Of a stretch of 64,000 nt of DNA, positions 1 to 11,170 are shown in pieces. Below the pieces are notes generated by a model. It had not been told where the DNA came from. It saw only the letters and a list, made by a program, of their open reading frames with translations, and made no database searches. The position numbers and the translations under genes are program-made. The number at the start of each line of letters is the position of its first letter. Position 1 is the first letter of the stretch. Source of the stretch: Phallusia mammillata (Eukaryota). The stretch is from positions 17,174,001 through 17,238,000 of the forward strand of contig OZ281500.1 in assembly GCA_965637545.1 (NCBI GenBank), in the 5' to 3' direction.

Positions 1-119
1 TTACAATTTTCATAGTTTAAACTTAATAATTGACACATGGAAATAGCCAGTAAGTTATTGTGTCACACTTCATGGATAAATCAATAAATCATTTTCAGTT
101 TATCTGTTTTTATGTGCAG

Positions 120-3100
120 AAAATACGTGGAAGAAAATCGCAACTTGGAACGGTCGTTACAAGACAAGGAGCAGGAACTGACAAAAATTAAATATGATTA
201 TGTTAGTAGGTGTTGTATATTTAAAGAAATATTTATAAACATATCTATGACACACATTAATCAAATTTAGTCAAAGATTTTGTACACTTTATTAGTGGAT
301 CTTAAAATATCATTAGTTAAGAAAATATTCAGCTTTAATGCAAAATCTTGGTAAACTGTATTATTTGTAATTAAAGTTGCACAAATTGTTAATTTAGTAT
401 CTTAAAGTGCTGGTGATTAAATGTTAATATATGTAGGAAAGATATAAGAATTCAGATCAAAAGATGCAACAAAATATTCTTGAACTTCAAGAAGAGTTGA
501 GATCAAGCAAACAGTAAGTGAAATGTAAAGTAAAGGGACATATTTGTTTTTTATATATACACTGGATTGCACAGAACTCACCATGCAAAGGAAAAGGAAT
601 CTTCGTACATGTTGAAAAAGCAAAAGGAAGAACTCAAGCTCCTTGCACAAGAAAAAGAAAGGGTACTGTTTAACTTATTGTTCACAATCCTAATGTTGCT
701 ATTTTGAAGACTGCGTTTTGCTTTCAGACAAATCAAAGTTTGCATTTCTTAGAACAATAAGAAATAAATAGTTTTTTATGTATTAGATTTTTCAAGTATA
801 ACTACAAGTTAATTAATTCTAAAACTAATATTCCACTCCAAATTTGTAATAAAAAATTAATTTACAAAAATTATATTTTTTCACATAAAAAACTAGTGAC
901 TTTTGTGGAAATACATTTTAAAATATGTATCTTTATTGGCTCTATCAGCTAAGAAGGTTCCTCGCCCCTCTTTTAAACCTATCTCACCTGTAATGAAAAA
1001 AAAATGTGGCCTAAATTTAAAGATAATAGTTTAGACATGCAAATACATCTTTGTGTTGATTGCTGTTAATATGACTTATCTGCTTAATTTTCTTTTCAGT
1101 TGAAAATTGCCAAAGAAACTGTTGAAGCTAAGATGTTGTCGAAACTTTCTAACCAGGAGTCAACTTCCAATGAAATATCGAACAAACTTGCAGCTGAAAA
1201 TCAAAATCTTAATCATGAGATTGAAAGGTATTTTAGTTTAATACAAACCATAACTTAATGTACAGTTTTGCCAATTCAAATCATGTCATATTTAAGCCAA
1301 CTTGTTACTTAGTTAAATCATGAACAAAACAATTGTGTAATTTTCTTCAATTTCAATTGCTTTTTTTCTAACATTTAGGTTAAACCGAAAAACAATGACA
1401 CTTGAAAGTCAAGTTGAACGTCTCCAAGACTTCGAGAATGAATGCCTGAAATTAAGTCGCCGTAATGATGAACTGCTGGAGAATGTGAGGAAGCTGGAAA
1501 ACAGCCAGGAAAAGCATAAAACAATATCCAAAGAAAAGATAGCTGCCATTGAGCTTGAGCTTGAGGAGTCGAGGTCTTCATTGGCACGACAGAGAAAGGA
1601 AGCACAAGAGAATTATGAGGATTTAAAGAAGACTTGTAGAGTCAATGAAGAGGAGTTAAAGCAGGAGCTTAGGGATGCAGAGGCTGCACAGAAAAGATTG
1701 GAGGAAAAGTCTGAAGAGGACTTAAAACGGTATTCGAGTTTTGGTCATCATTTTAACCTATTATTTATGATTTATAATGTGTAAAAGAGGAATCTATTTT
1801 AAGCCTTCAGACTAAACTATGTGTAAAGTTTGTTTTTTGTATTTAAGTTTTCGCTAAAACTGAGTTTCAGTGTCCAATATCACCAGTCAAGAAATTACAG
1901 TTATTTTTTAACATTTTTTGCAGGTTAAACGAAAAACTCAGCAAGTCTAATGATAAGGTTAAAGGACTGAAAAGTGAAATTGTTATACTTAACTCCAAAG
2001 TTTCTGAAAGGGACGCACAGGTATTGAAATTTTACCACAAACTGTGTTTATGACCAGCACGTTTTGCACAAATAAAACTTTGTTTTGAAGATTGAAGAAT
2101 TATCGGAAAAATCTCAGAAACTCACCAAACAACTTGAGGAGACAAACAATAAGCTGCAAGAAACACAATCCAATTTTACAGCTGAGCAGAAAAAAGTAGC
2201 AGAACTAAATGACCAGTTGGATGGAGCTCATGTGGAAAAGGAAAATTATGAAAGACGGGTAAGGTGTTGCGATACACGAGAGTGCAAGTGGCCTCTTTTG
2301 CTTATTTTGAAAAAATAAGTTGTTAGTCCACATAAAAGTACAGTACATTACTCTATGTTTTTGGAAAAAAACTTCCAATTAAAAAATAATGTAAAATGGG
2401 CAATAGAGTAAAAAAAATCATGGACCTATCCACTGCTTAGGTCAGTGGTTCTCAAACTTTTTTGACCGCGACCCAAATCTGAGTTTTATGAACATCTCAC
2501 GACCCAAGCCTCAAACATCAAAAAATGTATTAACGAGATGGACGGCAATTTCGAGGCCACGTCGTCTCCGCATAGGAGTCTGCCCATGTCAAAATGGCTG
2601 CAGACTTAATCGATTCGTTCGACAACACTGCATAACACAACACACATTGTGGCTTTGCAGCACTATGATCATTGATAGAAGTGAATACCAATTCTAAAAA
2701 TGTTTCAATCGCCATGTGCAGTAAAGTAAAGTTGGAAGCCTATTGTCGTCTTTATGTGGTAACAGTTGGTTCTGTTTAATGTACAACGTGGTCGAGTGAG
2801 GTGACTTTACTACTACATTGAGAAAATTCGTTTGTGTTTACTTAATGCAGTAATTGTTCGTTTGGTCAGCATTGAATCAGCATAGCGCGACCCATTTTTT
2901 GACCCTGCGCGACCCATGTTTGGGTCGCGACCCATACTTTGAGAACCACTGGCTTAGGTCAATTTACAGAGCAAATTGAATTCAAATGTGGATGTATTTT
3001 TTTCGTTTCTAGTTGGCTCTTCTCAGTGGAAAATCGACTAGTGCCTTGGCTGAGAAGGAAAAAGAATCAGGAGAACTCAGAATGGAAGTAAATAAAATGC

Positions 3101-6100
3101 AACATGTTCTGCAAGCAGAGAAGAGGAAGAATAATGACCTCAACCTGAAGAATAAGGAGATGCAAAGAAAGGCAAGTTGAAAAAAACAACAATTTGAGCC
3201 AATTCAGTAAATAATTGTGACAAAATTTTAAAACTGTTTCCTTTTTTATTTCATTTAAGTTTATAATTTGACATGAATTTTGTATTCTAGTTTTCAGAGC
3301 TTGAAATCAAACTGTCAGAGGAACAAAATGCTCACCAAAAAGCAATTGAATCCACTAAAGAATCTCACAAACATGCTATATTAAAATTCAAAGCTACCAC
3401 TGCTATCACCAGCCAGGAACTGAAAGACAAAACTGCAACACTCCAAAAGTCAATCAGGTAATCCCTAGTCTAAAGAAATACACTTCAACTTAGTATTTGC
3501 TGAAGTAAAGCAGTTGAATTGTATAATGTTTTGTAAATAATTTATTGAGTTGTATAATGTAAGTGATTCGTGCTGCAGATGCCTGCAATATTGTATAATG
3601 TACTCTCTTTTGTTCATTGAAATAAATCAATTTTAAATCATTTCTGTCATTATTTGTTGTTTGACTGGTATCTGCTTGTGTCATCACACCAAGAAATACA
3701 ACATCATTATCAAACTTGGTCAATTTATTAAGCAAACATTTTGACAAATACAATTGTCACTATTAAACTTATATACTAACTTTTCCATTGTGTGGTGGGC
3801 AAATTGCTCCATTAATCATTTATTCACTTCATTGGTCATTTATTTTTGTTTAGATTGATCACAACTGCACTGAAGCAGATGTCACATGACAATGCATTAT
3901 TGAGAAAAGAAGCTCTTAAGTTTCCTGAAATGATCAAACAAGCAGCAAAACTTGCAGGAAAACAGGTAGTTTTGCAGTTAGGTACCACAAAATCACTCTA
4001 ACTGTTTATGTATGAAGAAAAGAAATATCATTTTTTTTTCTTGATCACACCAAACAACTTTTCTTTGACGAATTCTTGCCAGAATTTGTCTTGTAACATA
4101 TTGAGTATGGTTTTACCTTACAGCAATTCTTAAAACCTGTACAATAATATGAATTCAATATTTATAGCAAATCACTTTTTAGGTTTGTGTCTAGTTTTCC
4201 TTAGCCAGGTTATAAATACCACTAATTTGCAGATGTTTAACAAATTTCCCCTAATATGCTCTTGTTTAAGATTTCTGAAGCAGTCACAGAAATGAATGAA
4301 AACAGCAAAGATCTTGTGAGAAAATACAGAAAGGAAATGAAACTGAGGAAGAAGTACCACAACGAGTTGGTGGAATTGAGAGGTTGGTTATCATATCCAC
4401 TTGAATACAGTATCAGTGGCAGAACTGAATTACAACAACCATCGAGTTTTTTTTCAATTCGTTTTAGTCCAGGGGTCTCCAACTCAACGGTTGTCCCGGG
4501 CCAATTTTCAAATTTTCTGAGGGCCGCGGGCCACATGCAGTCTTGTATGTCAAAATGTTCTAGTTCATGGTCCCTTAGTGGCTAACGGCGTTATTTTCGT
4601 TGACCTTCAAGAGCTCATGCCTTTACATTGTTTACAATCTGTTCATCAATGCTTTTTTATTTCATAAAAATCAACAAAGAAAGCAATTGTTTGCGCATAT
4701 TTCCCTATCTTAGTTTTGTCTGTGATGTCACAACCCGCTCTTATGATCCTTGATATGCGTAACCAATTGATAATATTTAGGTAAAATAAATAAATAAATT
4801 TGGAAGTTTAAATTATTTTTAGCAGCTTAAGCTGTTTAATTGGTTTTAGCATTGAATTCATCGTGGACCGCGGAAAATTACGAAACGTCTGTTATGTAAA
4901 TGAAATGGTTTGAAAACCACTGGCCTATAGGCATCTGAAAAAGTCAATGCGGCCAACATAAGTGTCAACAAAATGTTGGTTGGCTTTCATGAACCTAAAA
5001 GTTCCATATCCCTAAGCTAAACAAATATAGTGGACACAAAAAACTCAACGGATTTTATCTTTACGCTTTGATGAGCAGAATAAGGTTACATTATTTCATA
5101 ACAACAATAATAATATATCACAAAGGTTAAATTTGGTCTTTTTAACTTAGTGATATATGATTTTGAATTGTGAAATACTTGAAGGGTGAATAAAACAAAC
5201 ACATCCTTTAAATTTTACGAGATATTAATTTATTTTTTCATTTGCTGATATCTCCGCGGGCCACGGAAAATTGCCTGGCGGGCCACATGTGGCCCGCGGG
5301 CTGCGTGTTGGCGACCCCTGTTTTAGTCAGTGCCTCCTAAGCCCCCTGATAGGTTATAAATGTTGTTGACCACACAATAGGTTTGAAAGGTCCATACAAA
5401 CATAGAGGCCAATGCGAAAATCGTCCTGAACCACGTGTACACCCAAAACAGAATATGTGTTACCAATAAACTGTGGCATATTAAAACAGTGATAAACCAT
5501 TAGCTCCAGAATAAATCTTTGAAACAAATTATAATTTCTATTTTGTGGAAAAAAGCAGGGGACAGCAAATAGTGGACCGTTGCCCCATAGGTTGATGTGA
5601 GTACTATTACAGTATCACAGAGGTTAAAGCACCTTTGTTGCAAAAAATTAAATCAACGTCTTGGCCCAAAATAATAAGAGCAAATGGACATTCGTTTTTA
5701 TCATTTTAACCGGTTCTTGTCTCGAAACGGTTTTTGCCCCTTGAAATAAATGACTTTTTGCGTAGGCAACATACGAGTCTTTGTACGTGCTCGTCCTCGC
5801 ATTAGTGAGGATGGCCCAAGTGCCAAGATGATGCTCACCTATGACGTAAACGATGACGCAGTTGTGACGGTGAACAACACCCAGAGAGGACGTTTGCAAA
5901 CTTTTGAACTAGATCGTGTTTTCGCTGACGATTCCTCGCAAGAAGAGGTAACAAATACTGTCTCAAATATTTTGACAGCTGATTTTTCGAATTATGATTA
6001 ATAGAATTGCTTGAAAAGTTCTAAAATTGATAGTTAAACTGTAACTGATGTGACCTTTTATATGACTGATGATGGCATGAGCATTTGCCGAAACGTTTGT

Positions 6101-9100
6101 ACAATAGAGCATGTCGCTTTTACGTCTATTTGGGCCGTTATTTTCATCAATAAACTTATGAACAGATTCGTGTATAGTGTTCTAATTAAACTGTATTTTA
6201 TAAAAAAAACACTCAATTTGGAATTTTTACCACAATTGTATGATTTAATAATATACGTTTTCCCTATTTAACGGGGAAGTAGAATAACGCAAATTACAAT
6301 TGCCAGTTATGTAAGTAAATGTAATGACTATACAGTTTCAAATTTTACATGCGATTTATTGTCTTGTTGCTGCAGGTTTACAAGGAGGTACAAGCGTTGG
6401 TGACGTCATGCATGGATGGTTACCACGTGTGCATATTCGCATATGGGCAAACCGGGTCGGGAAAGACATACACCATGGAGGTAAGAAAAATGTCAGTAAA
6501 AAATGTATTGAGCGCGAGTCTTTGGGCCTCAATGCACAGTCGATAGGAAGTATGGAAAGGCAAAAATAAGTGCAGTGATGAGGGGTTCAGAAACTTTATT
6601 AAATTTGGAACCATTGAACATTACATTGTATGATTATTTAGAGTAAATGATATACGTTATACTTTGTGAAGCTAATAGTAATATTGCCAGTCAGTTAGTA
6701 AAACTATTGTTTATGATCATTCCACTTCAAAGTCCCTGCCCTGCATTCCAATAAAAACTGATTGGAAACAAATACTTTCCTAGGGGAAATGATTGCCTAA
6801 AATCATAAAAAGCGATTTTGTCCGTTTTCTGCGGTAAATGTTATGAGAAATAGCTGCACGACAATACATACTTTCATCCAACTGTTTTTTTGCGATTCAA
6901 ATTCGAGTACATTATTTAATTAGTATGATATGAAACGTCAAGTGTACTTGTAGGGTACTGCGGCCAAGCCAGGAATCAACCAACGGGCCCTTGCCGATCT
7001 TTTTGCCATCATTGAAGATCGAAGTGCCGATTGGTCATATACTATTGCTGTGTCCCTGGTGGAAATTTATAACGAAGCTCTAAGGTAAGTGAGTCTCAAT
7101 GGCCAGTCTTAAAGCTTGCACATTCAGTGATGCTAATTTTAGTTTCTCCAGACAACACAGAAGTGCGTATAGCTACATCGACATTTTGTTTTTTTCCAAT
7201 TTATATTACAACATTGAATAAATAAGTTTTACCGTCCTAATATTAATTAATGAAACATCAAGGGACTATTGTTGAGTGACCAATATGGAAACAAATATTA
7301 AACAAGTTTTATTCTGTGTTTTGTCTTTTAAGTTATACTGTCGATTTGTAGTTAACTTGTTGGCGTTTAATTTGGTCTCTGTTTTACAGGGACCTGCTTT
7401 CTTCGGCCAGCCAACAGAAGCTAGACATTAAGATGAACGTCGACGGCAGTTTGTTTGTTCAGGGCCTGACAAGTCGGCAAGTGAATAATCTCGATGACGT
7501 CAACAAGGTAAGGGGAACCACCGCACGTTGATTTCATTTTGTGAATGAACGGCAACAATACCGCTAAATGTCTGGACAAATATTTTACAGTAATACGTCA
7601 ACAATTGAAAACAAATACCAATAGTAAAGCTTGCGTTTAAATGTTTAATCCGAGGCCCCTTAGATGGGAATAAAATGTAATGGTAACGTTTAAAACCTAT
7701 TTGAATAATTCTTAATTTCATCACACAAATGTACAGGAATTGTTCACCACGCTGTGTGATTTTAAAGGTATTTGAGACTGGGAAATTGAACCGGGCCACG
7801 GCATCGACGAACATGAACGAACACAGCTCGAGATCTCACGCCGTTCTCATGGTAACCGTGAGTGGAGTGAACAAAACCACAGGAGTCGAATCATTCGGTA
7901 AAAAATAGTAAACACTTTTTTTGTCAAACGCTGTGAACCTTATGTTAATTCTGTGGTATCACACAAATGATTTTGTAATCAAAACCTAAATTCACTCTAA
8001 CAAAAATTTAGAGAATGTTCTAAAGTTAGTGGTTGTTCACTTCTAGAACAGTGGTTCGCAACCTTTACTTTGCGACCCCCTTTAGAGGTTTTCCAACACT
8101 GCAGCCCTTTTACAAACACATAAATGAAGTTTTGCTGCCACAATGTGACCATCACAGACCTACTATCAAATGTCGATGTACAGGGTTTTTTTAAGGTTTG
8201 GTTTGGGTGACCGCTAAGTAGTTTTAAGAGACCGCAAGTGTTTCATTTAAATACCAAAAAATAGCCATATTTGCAAAAAATAGCCATAAGTCCAAATTTT
8301 GAGACGGTCCCCCAAAACACCTTAAAAAAATACTTTCGATGTAAGTTCGTGCTTTTTGTCAAGAAAAGTCAAACACCAAATTCATAGAAATATTTAATCG
8401 CAAATGCTGTTGTGTCTATTCTAAATCTAACCGTCGTGTAAAATCTTCCTGAGGTTGCGTTGCGTCTTCCTTAAAAGTGCTTGGCGACCCCCAGGTTGAG
8501 AAACACTGAACTAGAGTAAACTTCTCATAGATTTAATCTCTTTTGTGTATTGGGTATTTCGGAAACCTTAAAACTACCGTTTGATGCGTTCATAAATAAA
8601 AATACAATAGTTTACAGGGCTTCGACATTTAAATTGCATTAAACATTACCAATAAAACTGAAAAAAGTCTCAATGTATTTAAATAAAAACACAAAATTGG
8701 GCACAAAAAAATAATAAATTGACAACATTTGCCATTTAAGTTCTTTTCCCTGCATACAAACACCTGTTGGTTTTACATACATGACCCTGCCGTGTTGTAT
8801 GCAATTATCATGTTAGCGCCTTTATTTGTTTGCTGCCAAAATACCATTAGGGCCATCACGGCCATGATTTAGATTTTATCGAAACTGCAAGCGTTTTTGG
8901 TACTGCATCAACCACAATGTAACGCCTCTGATAACGTCGAGATTTTCTTGTCTTTTCAAAGTTGCATACGATTACGGAAACTCATTGGGTCGACGGATTT
9001 GCATGCAGACGCATCTTAAAAATAATCGCAAAAAATGCCATTAAAACTGACCCGTTTCCGACAGTGCTTAAACTGACGATCACTGTTTGAGCAGTTTAAA

Positions 9101-10414
9101 CTGTGGTAAAAGTAAACGCCGTTCCAGTAAAAGAATGCTGCGGGTAAAGCGTTGCACTAAGAGTTTCAACCCAAATGTCTTGCAAGTATTGACTATCTTA
9201 TTAATTGACCAAACAAATCTTTTACTAATCATTACATTGATTGACAACATTGTCTTGTTGTTGTTTAAATCATTGTTATTTTTATTTCTGTAAAATAATA
9301 GGTATCCGCCCTTTAAGCTTTTGTGACACCGACAAATACCGGGTCGTTGTGGAAATTTTGTCAACTTTTATTACTAAGTAAACCAAACTTGAGTCGTTTA
9401 TGTTGATCTGTATTTTAAATGATTAAACCGTAGATTTTAATAATAAAGTGGTGGGGCCGCTATGTCCAAATGCTTTATGTGCACAAGAAACAGTCCACAA
9501 AAAGATTTAAAACACGTTAGTCGGTCAAGTTACGAACTTTTCATTCAGTATGTTTCACCTCAGATAAATTGGAGGCTGCAGGGACTTAAATGCATACATT
9601 GCTTATCTTACATAGCCCATGGCAAAGTATACTCCAACGCTAAACACCGAAACCGCTTAAATGCAAATGAAGTTAAATACAACAAATTGGCAATTTTTCC
9701 TTGCACGCAGGTAAACTGAACTTAATTGACCTGGCCGGATCTGAGAGGGTTTCAAAGAGCGGAGCTTCGGGCGACCGATTGAAGGAAGCGCAGAACATCA
9801 ACAAAAGCTTGTCGTCGCTCGGTGACGTCATCCACGCGTTGCGTAACAAACAGTCCCATGTGCCTTTTCGGAATTCGAAGCTGACGTACCTATTGCAAGA
9901 TTCGTTAAGTGAGTATTTCCAGTTATTAGTATGCGACAAGTTATGTTCACGAAGCCCTTATTAATGCTCGTCAGACTTAAAACAAACAAGGAGTTTTTTT
10001 CCTAAAATAATTGCACATCAATATAGCATAATAATAAATATGCTCAGCAGTCTGCGACCCGTTTTGATTTGTAAAAAGGTGTTAAAGGTAAAAAACATTC
10101 AGTACAACGTGTCTCGCTGTCTACGTCTCCTTGTACACAAAAATAATCATCCAAGATTTATGAAAAACAAAAATGTATGGCTCGTTTGTCCCCTCTACGA
10201 TATTGGCACTGCTACAAGCCAAAGGGTCTTGGTTTGATTCAAGCCACATTTTTGCACGTTTTGTTTTTGCTTTACAGGCAAAGACAGCAAGACGTTGATG
10301 GTGGTACAAGTTTCACCTGTCGACAAGAACGTCAGTGAAACGATTTGTTCGCTTACATTTGCTCAGAGGGTGCGTCTTGTTGAATTGGGCCAAGCAGCCA
10401 AAAAGACCAAATAA
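120..10414 (+). CDS. KIFC3: Kinesin-14 family C-terminal motor protein, KIFC3-like (5'-partial, 18 exons in window)
   Basis: Phase-consistent exons: 120-201, 437-513, 575-662, 1100-1227, 1379-1729, 1924-2020, 2091-2258, 3013-3171, 3291-3457, 3854-3965, 4271-4382, 5766-5947, 6376-6480, 6954-7084, 7390-7507, 7768-7897, 9711-9908, 10278-10414 (TAA). A long coiled coil is followed by the neck [24 protein letters not shown]-loop GQTGSGKT, switch I NEHSSRSH, switch [11 protein letters not shown] and [17 protein letters not shown]. The neck and motor resemble vertebrate KIFC3. Confidence 0.93.
2443..2951 (-). mobile_element. Internally deleted hAT (Buster/Charlie-type) DNA transposon retaining a BED zinc-finger remnant
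   Basis: TIR CAGTGGTTCTCAAA at 2443 and its reverse complement ending at 2951. Perfect 8-bp TSD GCTTAGGT (2435-2442 and 2952-2959). Repeated subterminal GCGACCCA motifs. The minus strand encodes [25 protein letters not shown], like the N-terminus of Buster/ZBED5 transposases. Lies in a KIFC3 intron. Confidence 0.9.
3172..3290 (+). other. Non-canonical GC-AG intron in the KIFC3-like gene
   Basis: The exon ends AAG|GCAAGT and the frame hits TGA just after. The acceptor TTCTAG at 3290 restores the coiled-coil frame (FSELEIKL). No usable GT donor precedes the stop. Confidence 0.75.
4470..5320. mobile_element. Non-autonomous hAT element (MITE-like, 851 bp)
   Basis: TIRs CAGGGGTCTCCAAC and GTTGGCGACCCCTG (one mismatch). 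Perfect TSD TTTTAGTC (4462-4469 and 5321-5328). GCGGGCCAC-type subterminal repeats at both ends. Confidence 0.9.
8049..8508. mobile_element. Older hAT MITE carrying a nested insertion
   Basis: TIRs CAGTGGTTCGCAACCT and AGGTTGAGAAACACTG (two mismatches). GCGACCCC subterminal motifs at both ends. The flanks TTCTAGAA and AACTAGAG look like a degraded TSD. Confidence 0.7.
8181..8335 (+). mobile_element. 155-bp MITE nested inside the 8049-8508 element
   Basis: Starts CAGGGTTTTTTTAAGG and ends CCTTAAAAAAATACTT. Perfect 8-bp TSD TCGATGTA (8173-8180 and 8336-8343). A close relative lies in opposite orientation at 24617-24792. Confidence 0.85.
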
Positions 10415-11001
10415 TCACAACTGCCTTAATGCTTCCTATTATGCTCTGCAAGCAGTATTTAAAGCCACACTGATGAACCGCTAGCCAAACTGCTAAGCTT
10501 ATTGTTGCATTTAATCCTATGTTAAACAGAAGTGCACTTTTTGTATTTGTTACTACACGCAGTAGACGACCAATCATGTATTCACCTTACATTGTGTGGG
10601 ATTTTTATGATACACATTCGCTATGCCAATCCGTTTTAAGCCAGCAGTATTTGTATACCATTGGCGCTACACTAGTTTTATACACATTATGTTTTGTGTT
10701 TGAACATTACTATTTAACTGTGCCTGTTCCTTATTTTCAAGTGCATTGGAAGCTTTTTCGTTGGTGCTTGTTGCTCGCAGTCCGTCGTTTTTTTTTGGCG
10801 TGCGACCTTTTAATGACAATTTTTCGTCGTAACAGAATTAGTAGCCAAAGGTATACAGTAAATTCGGGTATACAGTAAATGCATTTTGTTCAGGTACCAC
10901 AAATTTGTTTCCTTGATATAAACTGCTTCAATCCGTCTGTTGAAACGCTCCTTGATTTTAGGCGTATTCAAAAAATGTTCCACCGTTCGGTGGCCGAAAA
11001 C

Positions 11002-11170
11002 CAGTGGTGGGATTTAGCCGGTTCGTACCGGTTCTATAGAACCGTCTAACGAAATTTTATGAGATCAGGGAACCGGTTACTGTCAATGGAATTTTTGTAA
11101 CAGAACCGTCTACGAAATTTTATGAGATCAGGGAACCGGTTACTGTCAATGGAATTGTTGTAACAGAACC
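11002..11170 (+). mobile_element. Orphan hAT-like end followed by an internal ~64-bp tandem repeat
   Basis: CAGTGGTGGGATT start with ACCGGTTC/GAACCG motifs. Near-identical units at 11038-11101 and 11102-11164. No matching opposite TIR was found. Confidence 0.55.

Noticed and set aside
1379-1940. Two consecutive KIFC3 exons both starting G TTA AAC (R-L-N) in the same phase, suggesting exon duplication
   Set aside because: Similarity stops after a few codons and is expected in heptad-repeat sequence.
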